64,000 nucleotides of DNA, taken from the NCBI GenBank assembly GCA_965205485.1, contig OZ242180.1:544001-608000 (forward strand). Reading direction: 5' to 3'. The notes below the pieces were generated by a model. That model was not told the DNA's origin. It was given only the letters and a program-made list of their open reading frames with translations, and searched no databases. The translations under genes were made by a program, and so were the position numbers. This document shows, one piece after another, positions 30,016 through 39,544 of this stretch (position 1 is its first letter; each line of letters starts with the position of its first letter). The stretch is from Candidatus Latescibacterota bacterium (GTDB lineage: Bacteria; Latescibacterota; UBA2968; GCA-2709665).

Positions 30016-30285
30016 ATGAGAGACAGATATCTGGAAATCACGTTTCGAAACGGGCGACCGCTGGCAGCGTACCTGTATTTTCCCAGAATGGTCAGGGCAA
30101 GGAGTGTAAGGACAGAGAAGATTCGGAAGGGATTGTTGGTGGATTACGAGGCGGAAGGACACCCGATCGGTCTGGAGATCACGGCTCCGAACGAAGTGAC
30201 GTCGGACCAGATTAACGAAGTGTTGAGGGAGCTGGACGTTCCGCTGCTTGATCCGGAAGAGTTGGCTCCATTACAGGCAGCATAA
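30016..30285 (+). CDS. DUF2283-family protein
   Basis: AAYLYF, GLLVDY..G.PIGLEITAP; this family is usually TA-associated, no partner seen. Confidence 0.7.
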   Translation: MRDRYLEITFRNGRPLAAYLYFPRMVRARSVRTEKIRKGLLVDYEAEGHPIGLEITAPNEVTSDQINEVLRELDVPLLDPEELAPLQAA

Positions 30286-30450
30286 GGCGGTCCGTAACCC
30301 GCGAAAACATGTCGCGACAGCGCATCAAGACCAGGTGAAATCCTGTATTCCGGATTGCACTTCTAAATGGCCTGTGTCTCTCCATTTTCGAAATGGCACG
30401 GGTCATTTTTGTACATTTCCGGACAGAGCAGTTCGAGAAAGGCGAGTGGG

Positions 30451-31890
30451 ATGCGACTACATTGGCGGTTGATGCTGCTCTGCGCTGCGGTGATCGCTAT
30501 TGCCATGGCCGCCGTGCATCTGTACGCAAACCGTACGATTCACGAAATCCTGCTGGCCTCCGTGCTGGGGTTGACCCTGGCGCTGCTGCTGACCTATAGT
30601 GTCTCCCGATCGGTGTCGCGGCCGTTGCGGAAACTGACCGGGATCGCGCGCTCCATAGGGGCAGGCGACTTCGATAAACGGGTTCCGTCCGATACCTCGC
30701 CACGAGAAATCAGGGATCTCGCGCGGGCCCTGGATTCAACCCGGCGGCAGGTCCGGGACCGGATCGCGGCCATCCTCGGTGAAAAGTCGCAGCTCGAGAC
30801 GATCCTCGCGGACATAACCGCGGGGATCCTTGTTACGAGACCCGACGGCCGCGTTCTGCTGACGAACCGCACGTTCGAACGCCTGTTCGGCGTTACGTCC
30901 CCTACGGACGGACGGCCCCCGGTGGAAATGATCCGCGACGTACAGGTTCAGGCGGCAATCGAAAATACACTGAGAACGGGCGAGGCCCTGACGCATACGA
31001 TGACGACGTCGGGTATGCCCGAACGACATTTCGACGTTCACGTGGGACCCGTTCGCCGGGATGGCGGGGGGATGGGTGCGGTAGCGGTCTTCTACGATAC
31101 GACAGAACTGCATCGGCTGGAGCGCGCGCGCAAGGATTTCGTGGCCAATGTATCGCACGAGATACGTACGCCGCTAACGGCCATAAAAGGGTGCGCGGAT
31201 ACACTGGCCGAAGGTGCGCTTGAAGACCGCGCAACCGCCGATCGATTTGTGCAGACCATCCTCACGCATTCAGACCGGCTTCAGCTTCTGCTGGAAGACC
31301 TGCTCGACCTGTCGCGGCTGGAGTCCGACAGCCTGAAGATAGAAATGGATGACTTCGCAATCCGGCCGGCTGTGGACCGGGCGTGCGATTCGGTCCGCCA
31401 GCAGGCCGCCGGCAAGGATATCTCGATTCTGATGGAGGTTCCGGATGAATTGACGGTTCGCGGCGACCCGAAACTGATTGAGCAGGCTCTGGTGAACCTG
31501 CTGGACAATGCGGTGAAATATACTCCGGGAGGCGGGAAGGTGCGGGTTGCTGTCAGGCGGTTGGGTAAGGACGAGGATGTCGAGGGTTCGGACAACACGC
31601 CGGGGTTTATTCTGACGGCGGAAGCCGGCCGCACGGACTCTGTTTCAAGGCCGGCCAGAGTTGTGGTGCTGGAGGTCGTGGATAACGGTATCGGAATCCC
31701 TTCGGATTCGCTGCCGCGCGTGTTCGAACGGTTTTACCGTGTGGAAAAGGGACGCTCGAGGAGTCTGGGTGGAACCGGTCTGGGGCTCTCGATCGTCCGT
31801 CATATCATCGAATCCCACGGGGAACGGGTTTACGCAAAGAGCGTACTCGGTGCGGGCTCGACGTTCGGCTTCACGCTGCCGATTGTATAG
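30451..31890 (+). CDS. phoR: Sensor histidine kinase PhoR (HAMP-PAS-HisKA-HATPase)
   Basis: RKDFVANVSHEIRTPLTAIKG, NLLDNAVKYT, DNGIGIP, FERFYRV..RSR..GGTGLGLSIV. Confidence 0.85.
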   Translation: MRLHWRLMLLCAAVIAIAMAAVHLYANRTIHEILLASVLGLTLALLLTYSVSRSVSRPLRKLTGIARSIGAGDFDKRVPSDTSPREIRDLARALDSTRRQVRDRIAAILGEKSQLETILADITAGILVTRPDGRVLLTNRTFERLFGVTSPTDGRPPVEMIRDVQVQAAIENTLRTGEALTHTMTTSGMPERHFDVHVGPVRRDGGGMGAVAVFYDTTELHRLERARKDFVANVSHEIRTPLTAIKGCADTLAEGALEDRATADRFVQTILTHSDRLQLLLEDLLDLSRLESDSLKIEMDDFAIRPAVDRACDSVRQQAAGKDISILMEVPDELTVRGDPKLIEQALVNLLDNAVKYTPGGGKVRVAVRRLGKDEDVEGSDNTPGFILTAEAGRTDSVSRPARVVVLEVVDNGIGIPSDSLPRVFERFYRVEKGRSRSLGGTGLGLSIVRHIIESHGERVYAKSVLGAGSTFGFTLPIV

Positions 31891-31906
31891 CAGAGCGAAC
31901 GAAATG

Positions 31907-31943
31907 GAAGACGGGGGATCGCAAAGGCGTCCCCCGTTTTTTT
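31907..31943 (+). terminator. Rho-independent terminator between convergent phoR and ppk1
   Basis: ACGGGGGA/TCCCCCGT stem followed by a T run. Confidence 0.7.
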
Positions 31944-31953
31944 CTGTCAGGCT

Positions 31954-34095
31954 TCAGCCTGATGGCGCGGCCGGCCCGTTGGCGGCGAAGAAGTCCGGTA
32001 TCTCGAACCGTTCTCCTCTGGCCAGCCCCATCAGGACTTCCTGTGAGGAAACGTCTGTCCGTCCGTTCGTGGCCTCCACGCGGCGATGGTCGCCGTCCGG
32101 CAGGACTTCACGCGCTTTGACATTATCCGCCAGACACGGGGAGAGAATCCAGGACTGGATTTTCCGGATGAGAACCGGATCTTCGATGGGACAGAGGATT
32201 TCCACCCGTCGACGGAGATTACGAGGCATCCAGTCCGCGCTCCCGGTGTAAATCTCCGGTCTGGATCCGTTTTCGAACATGTAAATTCGGCTGTGCTCAA
32301 GATAACGCCCGACGATGCTTCTCACACGTATGCGATCGCTGATTCCGGGAATGCCCGGGCGGATACAGCAGATCCCACGGACGATCAGGTCGACGTCAAC
32401 GCCGTTCCGGGAAGCCTTGTAGAGCGCTCGCACGACCCTTGCATCCTGAAGCGAGTTCATTTTGCAGACGATGCGGGCGGGTCGTCCGGCCCTGGCGTGT
32501 TCAATCTCCCGATCGATTTTGGCCAGAATGGAATCCATCATATTGAAGGGCGCGACAAGCAGCTTCCTGACTTCAGGTCGTTCAGACTGGGTGGTGAGCA
32601 GGTTGAACACCTCGGCCACGTCGCTCGTGATGTCTTCCCTGGCAGTCATCAGACCCAGATCCGTATATATCCGCGCCGTCGAAGCGTTGTAGTTGCCCGT
32701 ACCGATGTGGGCGTACCGGCGAAGACCGTCCGATTCGCGACGGACCAGCATGGAGAGCTTGCAGTGCGTTTTTAAGCCAACCACGCCGTACGCGACGTAT
32801 ACGCCGGCATCCTGCAGTTGCCGAGCCCATCGGATATTGGAAGCCTCGTCGAACCGGGCCTTGAGTTCTACAATAACGGTAACCTCTTTGCCTGCCTCCG
32901 CGGCTTTGAGCAGCGCGTCCATAATGGGAGAATCTTCGGTCGTACGATAAAGCGTCTGTTTTATGGCCAGCACATCCGGGTCCCGGGCGGCGGACTGAAT
33001 AAACTGCACGACCGGATAAAACGAGTCGTATGGATGGTGCAGCAGGATGTCCCGTTGCCTGATCTCGGCGAAAAGCTGGTCGTAGTCTTCGGCGAAGGGG
33101 TATTCCGCCGGGTGGTACGGCGCATCCTTCAGGTCCGGACGTCTCGTGGCCGCGTAGAGCATCATCAGGCGATTGAGATTGACCGGTCCGTTGACGCGGT
33201 AGACCTGTTTTTCGCGCAGATGATAAATCGCCCGCAGCCTCCGTTCGATCTGCTTAGGCGCCGCCGCGTCGATTTCCAGCCGGACCGTATCGCCTTTGCG
33301 CCTGCGTTTGAGTTCATCTTCGATGGCCAGGAGAAGGTCGTCGGCTTCTTCTTCATCGAGGTAGAGGTCGCTGTTGCGGGTGATGCGAAACGCGGCAGTG
33401 CCCAGTATTTCATAACCGCGGTAAAGCTCCGGGACGTGCGCGCGCACAAGGTCGGCCAGAAACACGTAATCGACGCGCCTGCCCTCGTCTTCCCTGGGCA
33501 GACGGATGAGACGCGGCAGCACGCGCGGAACGGTAACGACACCGAACAGGGTGTCGCCCTCGCCGTCCTCGAGCAATACGGCAATGCAAAGCGACTTGTT
33601 CACCACGCGTGGAAATGGATGGGCCGGGTTGACGGTGAGGGGCGTGATAACCGGATGCAGTTCATCCAGCCAGTAGTCGCGTATGAATGCCTGTTCCGGG
33701 TTATTCAGGTCTTTCAGCGAACGGATATGCACATCGGCCTTTTTCAGGGCGGGCAACAACTCACCATTCCAGCAGGCGTATTGTTCGTCGACCATCCGGT
33801 GGGCTTCAATGGATACGGCTTCATACAGCTCTTCCGGTAACAGCCCGTCCGGGCCGGCATCGGGAACGCCGGCTTCCATCTGCTGAAGCAAGCCCGCAAC
33901 GCGGATTTCGAAGAACTCGTCCAGGTTGTTCGCCACTATGGCGAGGAACTTCACCCTCTCCAGCAGAGGATTCTTCGGGTCCCGGGCTTCCTCGAGGACG
34001 CGTTCGTTGAAACGAAGCCAGGAGATTTCCCGATTGGTATACAGTTTTGGATCGTCGAGGTTCATACCGCGAGTCCCGTTGTTGACCAACGTCAT
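31954..34095 (-). CDS. ppk1: Polyphosphate kinase 1
   Basis: NREISWLRFNERVL, NLDEFFEIRVAG, HHPYDSF, IKQTLYR, ELKARFDE, KTHCK, GTGNYN, YLEHSR, SADWMPRN; start may instead be 34065. Confidence 0.97.
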   Translation of the reverse strand: MTLVNNGTRGMNLDDPKLYTNREISWLRFNERVLEEARDPKNPLLERVKFLAIVANNLDEFFEIRVAGLLQQMEAGVPDAGPDGLLPEELYEAVSIEAHRMVDEQYACWNGELLPALKKADVHIRSLKDLNNPEQAFIRDYWLDELHPVITPLTVNPAHPFPRVVNKSLCIAVLLEDGEGDTLFGVVTVPRVLPRLIRLPREDEGRRVDYVFLADLVRAHVPELYRGYEILGTAAFRITRNSDLYLDEEEADDLLLAIEDELKRRRKGDTVRLEIDAAAPKQIERRLRAIYHLREKQVYRVNGPVNLNRLMMLYAATRRPDLKDAPYHPAEYPFAEDYDQLFAEIRQRDILLHHPYDSFYPVVQFIQSAARDPDVLAIKQTLYRTTEDSPIMDALLKAAEAGKEVTVIVELKARFDEASNIRWARQLQDAGVYVAYGVVGLKTHCKLSMLVRRESDGLRRYAHIGTGNYNASTARIYTDLGLMTAREDITSDVAEVFNLLTTQSERPEVRKLLVAPFNMMDSILAKIDREIEHARAGRPARIVCKMNSLQDARVVRALYKASRNGVDVDLIVRGICCIRPGIPGISDRIRVRSIVGRYLEHSRIYMFENGSRPEIYTGSADWMPRNLRRRVEILCPIEDPVLIRKIQSWILSPCLADNVKAREVLPDGDHRRVEATNGRTDVSSQEVLMGLARGERFEIPDFFAANGPAAPSG

Positions 34096-34202
34096 CTGCG
34101 TCTGCAACGCGCCAAGATAATCCAACACTATGCCCCAGTCAATCGGAATCGGGCTTGCAAGTCACTACAGTTCTGGAGTTTGGCGGACCCCGACGTCGCC
34201 TG

Positions 34203-34952
34203 TCAACGTCTCCACGCCATCGCCTTCAATTCATGCCAGAGGTCCTGATACGCGTTCGCGGCAGGCGAACCCGGAGCGAAGCATGGGACCGGTTCCCGGT
34301 GGATACCCATCTTTTCAACTTCCGAGGCGTAGGGAATCTGCGTATCCAGAAACCGGTGTTCCCGTTCTCTGCCGGTTGTCAGGATTTCGCTGTGCATGCG
34401 CTTCCGTTTCTCGACCATTGTGAAAAAAGGGTAGATCCCGGAGACGTCCCGGCCCCTGGACAGGAAGAATCCTACCAGCTGCTCATAGGTACGCATGGAT
34501 AGCGTGGTCGGAATACAGGGAACCAGAACGATGTCGGAGGCAAAGAGCATATTCTCCGACACCAGGCCGATGCCGGGCGGACAGTCGAGAAAGATGAAGT
34601 CGTATGTCTTGCGATAGGGTTTCAGAATGCGATGAAGCCGCTTCGGTGAGCCTTTGAGTTTGCTCAGCGCCATGTCCAGGTTTCTGAACGACAGGTTCGA
34701 AGGAAGCAGGTCCAGGTTCTCATAGTCAGTACCGCGAATGCGCTTCTCTATCCTGCGCCCACCTCGAAGGAATTTTCCGCCCGGCAGTTTCCTGGAGGGT
34801 TTGATGCGAAAATAGAACGCGGCCGAACCCTGGGGGTCCAGATCGAACAGAATGGTCTGCGCGCCATCGCGCGCCGCGAGGTAGGCCAGGTTCACCGCCG
34901 CGGCGGTCTTTCCCACCCCGCCCTTGATGTTATACAGGGCGACTGTTGCCAT
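34203..34952 (-). CDS. ParA/MinD family ATPase (orphan)
   Basis: Deviant Walker A KGGVGKT, DLDPQG, FLDCPP, VPCIPT; no parB nearby. Confidence 0.9.
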   Translation of the reverse strand: MATVALYNIKGGVGKTAAAVNLAYLAARDGAQTILFDLDPQGSAAFYFRIKPSRKLPGGKFLRGGRRIEKRIRGTDYENLDLLPSNLSFRNLDMALSKLKGSPKRLHRILKPYRKTYDFIFLDCPPGIGLVSENMLFASDIVLVPCIPTTLSMRTYEQLVGFFLSRGRDVSGIYPFFTMVEKRKRMHSEILTTGREREHRFLDTQIPYASEVEKMGIHREPVPCFAPGSPAANAYQDLWHELKAMAWRR

Positions 34953-34970
34953 AGGCGTCGCTCACGGTCT

Positions 34971-36506
34971 TCAGGCGAACAGGCGTCGGAACGTAGCGGC
35001 GACCTCCGCCCGGTTGAATTCAGTAAATGTCTTTGAAAACGCCGCGCGGACGGTTTGCTGTTCGCGGTACAGGCAGCCGATCAGCCCGCCGATGGCGGCG
35101 AAGGTTTCCGGGTGAGTCCTCGCCGGGGACGATACTTCCAGGTACGACTTCAGGTCGTCCTGTTGAACGGAAAGGTCGTTGAAGTCGCCCAGGTTGTCCT
35201 GCAGGTTCTTGAGGTGTTCGACAATCAGGCGGACTTCTCCCGAAGGAAAAAGGGACGTGAAGAACTCGAGGAGGTATCGCAGTTTCTTGCACTCGATGCG
35301 AAGCCGGTGCAGTTCGGCATCCGGCGTGGACGTTTCAATCCCGGCTCCCAGTTCGATTACGCGACCGTATCTCTTGCCGATAAACCTTTGCGCCAGCGCG
35401 ATCGCCGGCGCTTCCGCATTGTCCGGAGAATCGGCGTCCGGCGGGCCCTCCAGGAACGCCGCCCAATCCGCGGCGATTCTCTGGTAAGTGTCACCGTCCA
35501 GGGCGGCGGCCAGACGCCTGTGTTCACCCGTACGTTCCGCTCGCAGGGATTCGAACAGGGGATCCAGGCGAGGCCGCAGATATCCTGGCAGGAGAGACCG
35601 GTACGCGTCTTCCTTGAGCAGGGTGACGTCCAGATCGCGCAGGCGGTTGGTGAGTTTTCCGAGCCAGGAAAAGTCTTTCCGGAAACGACCGAGCGGGACT
35701 TCCGGAAAAACGGATTTGATCTGGCTGAGCGCCGATCGGGTACGCCGGACACCCACCCTGAAATCATGCAGAAATTCGGTATCGACGTCCTCTTTGATAC
35801 CCGCTTCATTGCGCCTGATCGTTCTGAACAGGTGACCCAGAATTCGCCTCGCCGCCTCCGCGCCGTTCAGGTTGGGTTCCAGCACGATATTGAGTTTCGA
35901 GGTATAGTCCCCCGGGTTTCTGCCGGTTGCCCGCATGGCGGCGTGGAACAGGTCTTCGGTCCCGGATTCGGCGCCGGCGTCGCGCAGCGACCGGTCCAGC
36001 CTGCGCGAGTGTTTTTCATACCCCCTGACGGGCCGCAGCGACACCGTGTTGATCGGTTGTCCGTTACGAGAGGTGTCCGCCACCCTGGCCTGTTCAAGCT
36101 CTGCGATAACGACGGTCTTTTCACTCCTGTTGAGGACGCGCACGGTCTGCCTGCGGGTTGTGGCGCGCGCGAGGGGCAACAGCGCCCGTACGCTCACATG
36201 CGCCTGCAGGGCCTCTTTCAGGGATCCCTCGGGAAAATCCGTGCTGTATACCGGTTCGGTTCCACACGGCACGCTGACCGATGCGACTGTCTCGCGGTCC
36301 GGCAGCCTGTAGAGAAGGTAACGGTCCTGATCATGTAACAGCACCAGGTTCTTGTTGAAAAGGCGCCAATCGAAAGTGTCGAAAAAGGTCTGGACCCCCA
36401 CTCTGTCGTCCATGGGTTCGCAGGTATGGGAACCGGCGGCCCGCTCCCAGATGCGGCGTGGATCGACCGATGCCGGCAGGCGCAGAGTACATCGTTTGGT
36501 TTTCAC
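34971..36506 (-). CDS. CHAD-domain (polyphosphate-binding) protein with degenerate CYTH-like N-terminus
   Basis: FFDTFDWRL (CYTH-like); EFLHDFRVGVRRTRS, RDLDV, LHRLRIECKKLRYLLEFF, LQDNLGDFND (CHAD). Confidence 0.9.
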   Translation of the reverse strand: MKTKRCTLRLPASVDPRRIWERAAGSHTCEPMDDRVGVQTFFDTFDWRLFNKNLVLLHDQDRYLLYRLPDRETVASVSVPCGTEPVYSTDFPEGSLKEALQAHVSVRALLPLARATTRRQTVRVLNRSEKTVVIAELEQARVADTSRNGQPINTVSLRPVRGYEKHSRRLDRSLRDAGAESGTEDLFHAAMRATGRNPGDYTSKLNIVLEPNLNGAEAARRILGHLFRTIRRNEAGIKEDVDTEFLHDFRVGVRRTRSALSQIKSVFPEVPLGRFRKDFSWLGKLTNRLRDLDVTLLKEDAYRSLLPGYLRPRLDPLFESLRAERTGEHRRLAAALDGDTYQRIAADWAAFLEGPPDADSPDNAEAPAIALAQRFIGKRYGRVIELGAGIETSTPDAELHRLRIECKKLRYLLEFFTSLFPSGEVRLIVEHLKNLQDNLGDFNDLSVQQDDLKSYLEVSSPARTHPETFAAIGGLIGCLYREQQTVRAAFSKTFTEFNRAEVAATFRRLFA

Positions 36507-36800
36507 GGCATCTTTCCCATCAAAGCTCGCCCGGGACGTGTAACGCGGACGCCTGTTTCAATCCGCGAAGCCAGGCGGTGATTCCGCTTTCGCCCGCGCG
36601 GTCGCCCCGTTGACGGAGATACGTGGCGTAAGCCAAACCCAAATCAAGCATAAGTTGTTGGTATAAGAATACGTTGAACCGATGCAAAAAACAAGAAAGT
36701 CCCAACGCGCGAAAAAGCAATATCCCTCCCTGACCGTACTCGCCCCGGAGTGGGGAGAAACGCAGCGCATTTCCGCCGCGTGACGCCAGGACCGGACATC

Positions 36801-36865
36801 GTAACCATTTTGTAACACACGAGTGACCATTTCGTAACAGAAGGGGCGCATATTTGGACTATACT
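36801..36865 (+). promoter_or_regulatory. Pho-box-like array with -10 element
   Basis: Four direct repeats at exact 11-bp pitch (GTAACC 36801, GTAACA 36812, GTGACC 36823, GTAACA 36834); the last overlaps the -35 position of TATACT (36860-36865); upstream of porin-pstS. Confidence 0.75.
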
Positions 36866-37025
36866 GATTTGATACATTCAATTTTCGTTATCCCGACGGC
36901 GACGGAATGGCGATCCAGCCCTGGCAGTCGAGTCGCCGGCTCGGCGCAAGAAATCCGGGGAACCGCGAGTACCGCATGGAAGGAAGTTCCGGTCGGCCGA
37001 TTAACCGCCAACACGGGGAGGTGCT

Positions 37026-38000
37026 ATGCCTCTGAAGGGGATGGACTTGGGTATTGCGGCACTGTTGAGCCTGGTTTTTGTCGGGCCTGCGGAGGGCGCC
37101 GAAGGCAAGCTCAAAGGGATTGCCTTCGGTGATTATTATTTCGTTGTCGCGGGAGCGGACAGGAACGAAAACGGATTCAAATTTCGGAGGATCTATCTGA
37201 CGTACGACCTCAAGTGGAATGAACGATGGTCCGGACGGGTGCGTTACGAAGCAAACGATGCTGGATTCGGCGGCGAGGACAAGATGAGGCCGTTCGTGAA
37301 GCACGGGTATTTGCGATACGGTGCGAACGGCCAGAAGGTGTACATGGGGTTGTTCGGCACACCCACCTGGAACGTATCCGAACGAATATGGGGTTACCGA
37401 TCAATTGCAAAGACAATCATGGATATGCGCAAGATCGGTTCTTCCGCGGATCTCGGGGTGGGATATAAGGGAAAGCTGGATGGAGCGGGCAGGGTGAACG
37501 TGCAGCTGATGTTCGGCAACGGCAGCGGGCAACGCCCGGAGACGGACAACGGAAAGAAAGTGTACAACCTGATTCATCTGAAACCCACGGACGTCGTTGA
37601 AGCCACAGTCTACGTCGACTGGGAAGGCAAGCCCGAAGGCAGGGATCGCATAACGTTCGCCGGGTTGCTGGGTGCTTCAGTCGAGAGTTTTCGTTTCGGT
37701 ATAGAGGGATTTATACGTAACAACAGAAAGGCACAGTCGGGCGGCGACGTACAATTGCGGGGTCTGTCCGCTTTCGGTAACGTAAACTTGAAGCCCAGGG
37801 TCGATGTATTCGGACGTCTGGACTTTTTTGATCCCAACCGGGACACGGAACAGGACGAGGAGTATATGATTATTGGCGGAATCAATGTGGCGCCGGCCGG
37901 GAATATCCACATCATGCCCAATGTGGTGGCGACGATCATGCGGTCTCCCGACGCGGAGACCGAAGTGATTCCCCGGATGACGGTATGCTACCAATTCTAG
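37026..38000 (+). CDS. Outer-membrane beta-barrel, probable phosphate-selective porin
   Basis: GGGGAGG RBS, signal peptide, NGFKFRRIYL (OprO/P-like FxxRRxxL), amphipathic strands, terminal Phe (YQF); first gene after the Pho box. Confidence 0.65.
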   Translation: MPLKGMDLGIAALLSLVFVGPAEGAEGKLKGIAFGDYYFVVAGADRNENGFKFRRIYLTYDLKWNERWSGRVRYEANDAGFGGEDKMRPFVKHGYLRYGANGQKVYMGLFGTPTWNVSERIWGYRSIAKTIMDMRKIGSSADLGVGYKGKLDGAGRVNVQLMFGNGSGQRPETDNGKKVYNLIHLKPTDVVEATVYVDWEGKPEGRDRITFAGLLGASVESFRFGIEGFIRNNRKAQSGGDVQLRGLSAFGNVNLKPRVDVFGRLDFFDPNRDTEQDEEYMIIGGINVAPAGNIHIMPNVVATIMRSPDAETEVIPRMTVCYQF

Positions 38001-38118
38001 TAGCACATGTACCCCTTCATTCCTGTTCCGCCCGTTCGTTGTGACCATTGTTCCATGCATTTCTGCCGCGATCTTCCGATTTCCCTCGCGATTGAAAAGA
38101 GATTGTGACATTCGACAT

Positions 38119-38320
38119 CACTGCTGTCCAGGACAGAAACCGATTTGTGACCGGTGCGGTTGGCGTTCCCGGGAGCGAGGGCATCCTGCCCTCGACGTCG
38201 GATAAAGCGTCGCACACGGTGTTTACCTTGAACCGGTGTCGGATTGAGTGGACCCGTCAGTCTCTCGACGCGAACAGGGGTCGGTGACGCGAAGTTCGAG
38301 GGCAGGATGCCCTCGCTCCG
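38119..38320. repeat. REPIN-like element, copy B
   Basis: Same length, orientation and REP doublet as 29761-29962. Confidence 0.8.
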
Positions 38321-38448
38321 GTTGCACGTGGATCATGTCGTGAAAGTGGTTGGAAAAGACGATTTTGGACAGGTGTGATTCGACATATTAATCGATCGTT
38401 CGTACTCAATCCGACAAAGAGACTGCATAATTGGGAGGCACAGAAAGG

Positions 38449-39444
38449 ATGATGCGTACTATTGTCGTTGTAATTTCGCTGATTGTCACCGTGGTTCCGG
38501 TCCGCGCGCAGACGCTTGAGGTCGATCCGCGAATTCCGGCTTACACGAAAGTGCGAGGAATTTTTGGGAGCGCCAGCAGCATCGGGTCGGATACGATGAA
38601 CAACCTGATGGCGCTTTGGCTGGAGGGCTTTCGGAAATATTATCCCAACGTCAATGTCCAGATCGAAGGCAAGGGATCCAGTACCGCCCCACCCGCGCTG
38701 ATCGAAGGCGCCGGGCAGTTCGGACCCATGTCCCGTGCGATGAAGGCAACGGAGGTGGACAAGTTCGAGCAGGCGTTCGGGTACCCGCCCACGCCGTTGC
38801 GGGCCGGGCTCGATGCCCTGGCGGTCTTTGTCAACAAGGACAATCCAATTGAAGGACTGACCCTGCAGCAGCTGGACGCGATATTTTCGAAGACCCGTCG
38901 ACGGGGGCATCCAAAGGACATAAAACGCTGGAACGAAGCGGGATGGAACGGCGATCGGGCATCGGCGCTGATCAGTATGTACGGTCGGAATTCTGCATCA
39001 GGCACGTATGGTTTCTTCAAGAAGAACGCCCTTTCCAAGGGCGATTTCAAGGATGAGGTCAAGGAACAGCCGGGGTCGGCTTCCGTCGTGCAGGGGGTCG
39101 CGGAAGACCGGTTCGGAATCGGTTATAGCGGAATCGGATACAGGACGTCGGACGTGCGCGTAGTCCCCCTTTCGGATGATCCCACGGATGGGTTCAAAGA
39201 CGCCGGCATGGACAATGTCCTCGACGGCACCTATCCGCTCGGCCGTTTCTTGTTCATCTATATCAACAAGACGCCGGGAAAGCCGCTCGACCCGATGGTA
39301 CGAGAGTTCTGCAGGTACATTTTTTCCAAAGAGGGTCAGGAAATCGTAATCAAGGATGGCTATATGCCTGTTCCCTATGAAGTCGCCGAAGAGGAACTGG
39401 CGAAGCTTGAAGCGGATGGATCGCAGTCCGCAACATTCCGTTGA
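38449..39444 (+). CDS. pstS: Phosphate ABC transporter substrate-binding protein
   Basis: GSDTM, GKGSSTA, GPMSR, YGRNSASGTY, IGYSGIGY, YPLGRFL. Confidence 0.95.
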   Translation: MMRTIVVVISLIVTVVPVRAQTLEVDPRIPAYTKVRGIFGSASSIGSDTMNNLMALWLEGFRKYYPNVNVQIEGKGSSTAPPALIEGAGQFGPMSRAMKATEVDKFEQAFGYPPTPLRAGLDALAVFVNKDNPIEGLTLQQLDAIFSKTRRRGHPKDIKRWNEAGWNGDRASALISMYGRNSASGTYGFFKKNALSKGDFKDEVKEQPGSASVVQGVAEDRFGIGYSGIGYRTSDVRVVPLSDDPTDGFKDAGMDNVLDGTYPLGRFLFIYINKTPGKPLDPMVREFCRYIFSKEGQEIVIKDGYMPVPYEVAEEELAKLEADGSQSATFR

Positions 39445-39544
39445 TAGAGCCGTTCTGCAGGCGAGCCCGTATGGGCTTGCTCAATGGACTGCTCAGGGTG
39501 AACGGCTCCTCCGTTCCCGGAGGAACAGATCAAGGTTTTGGGGT

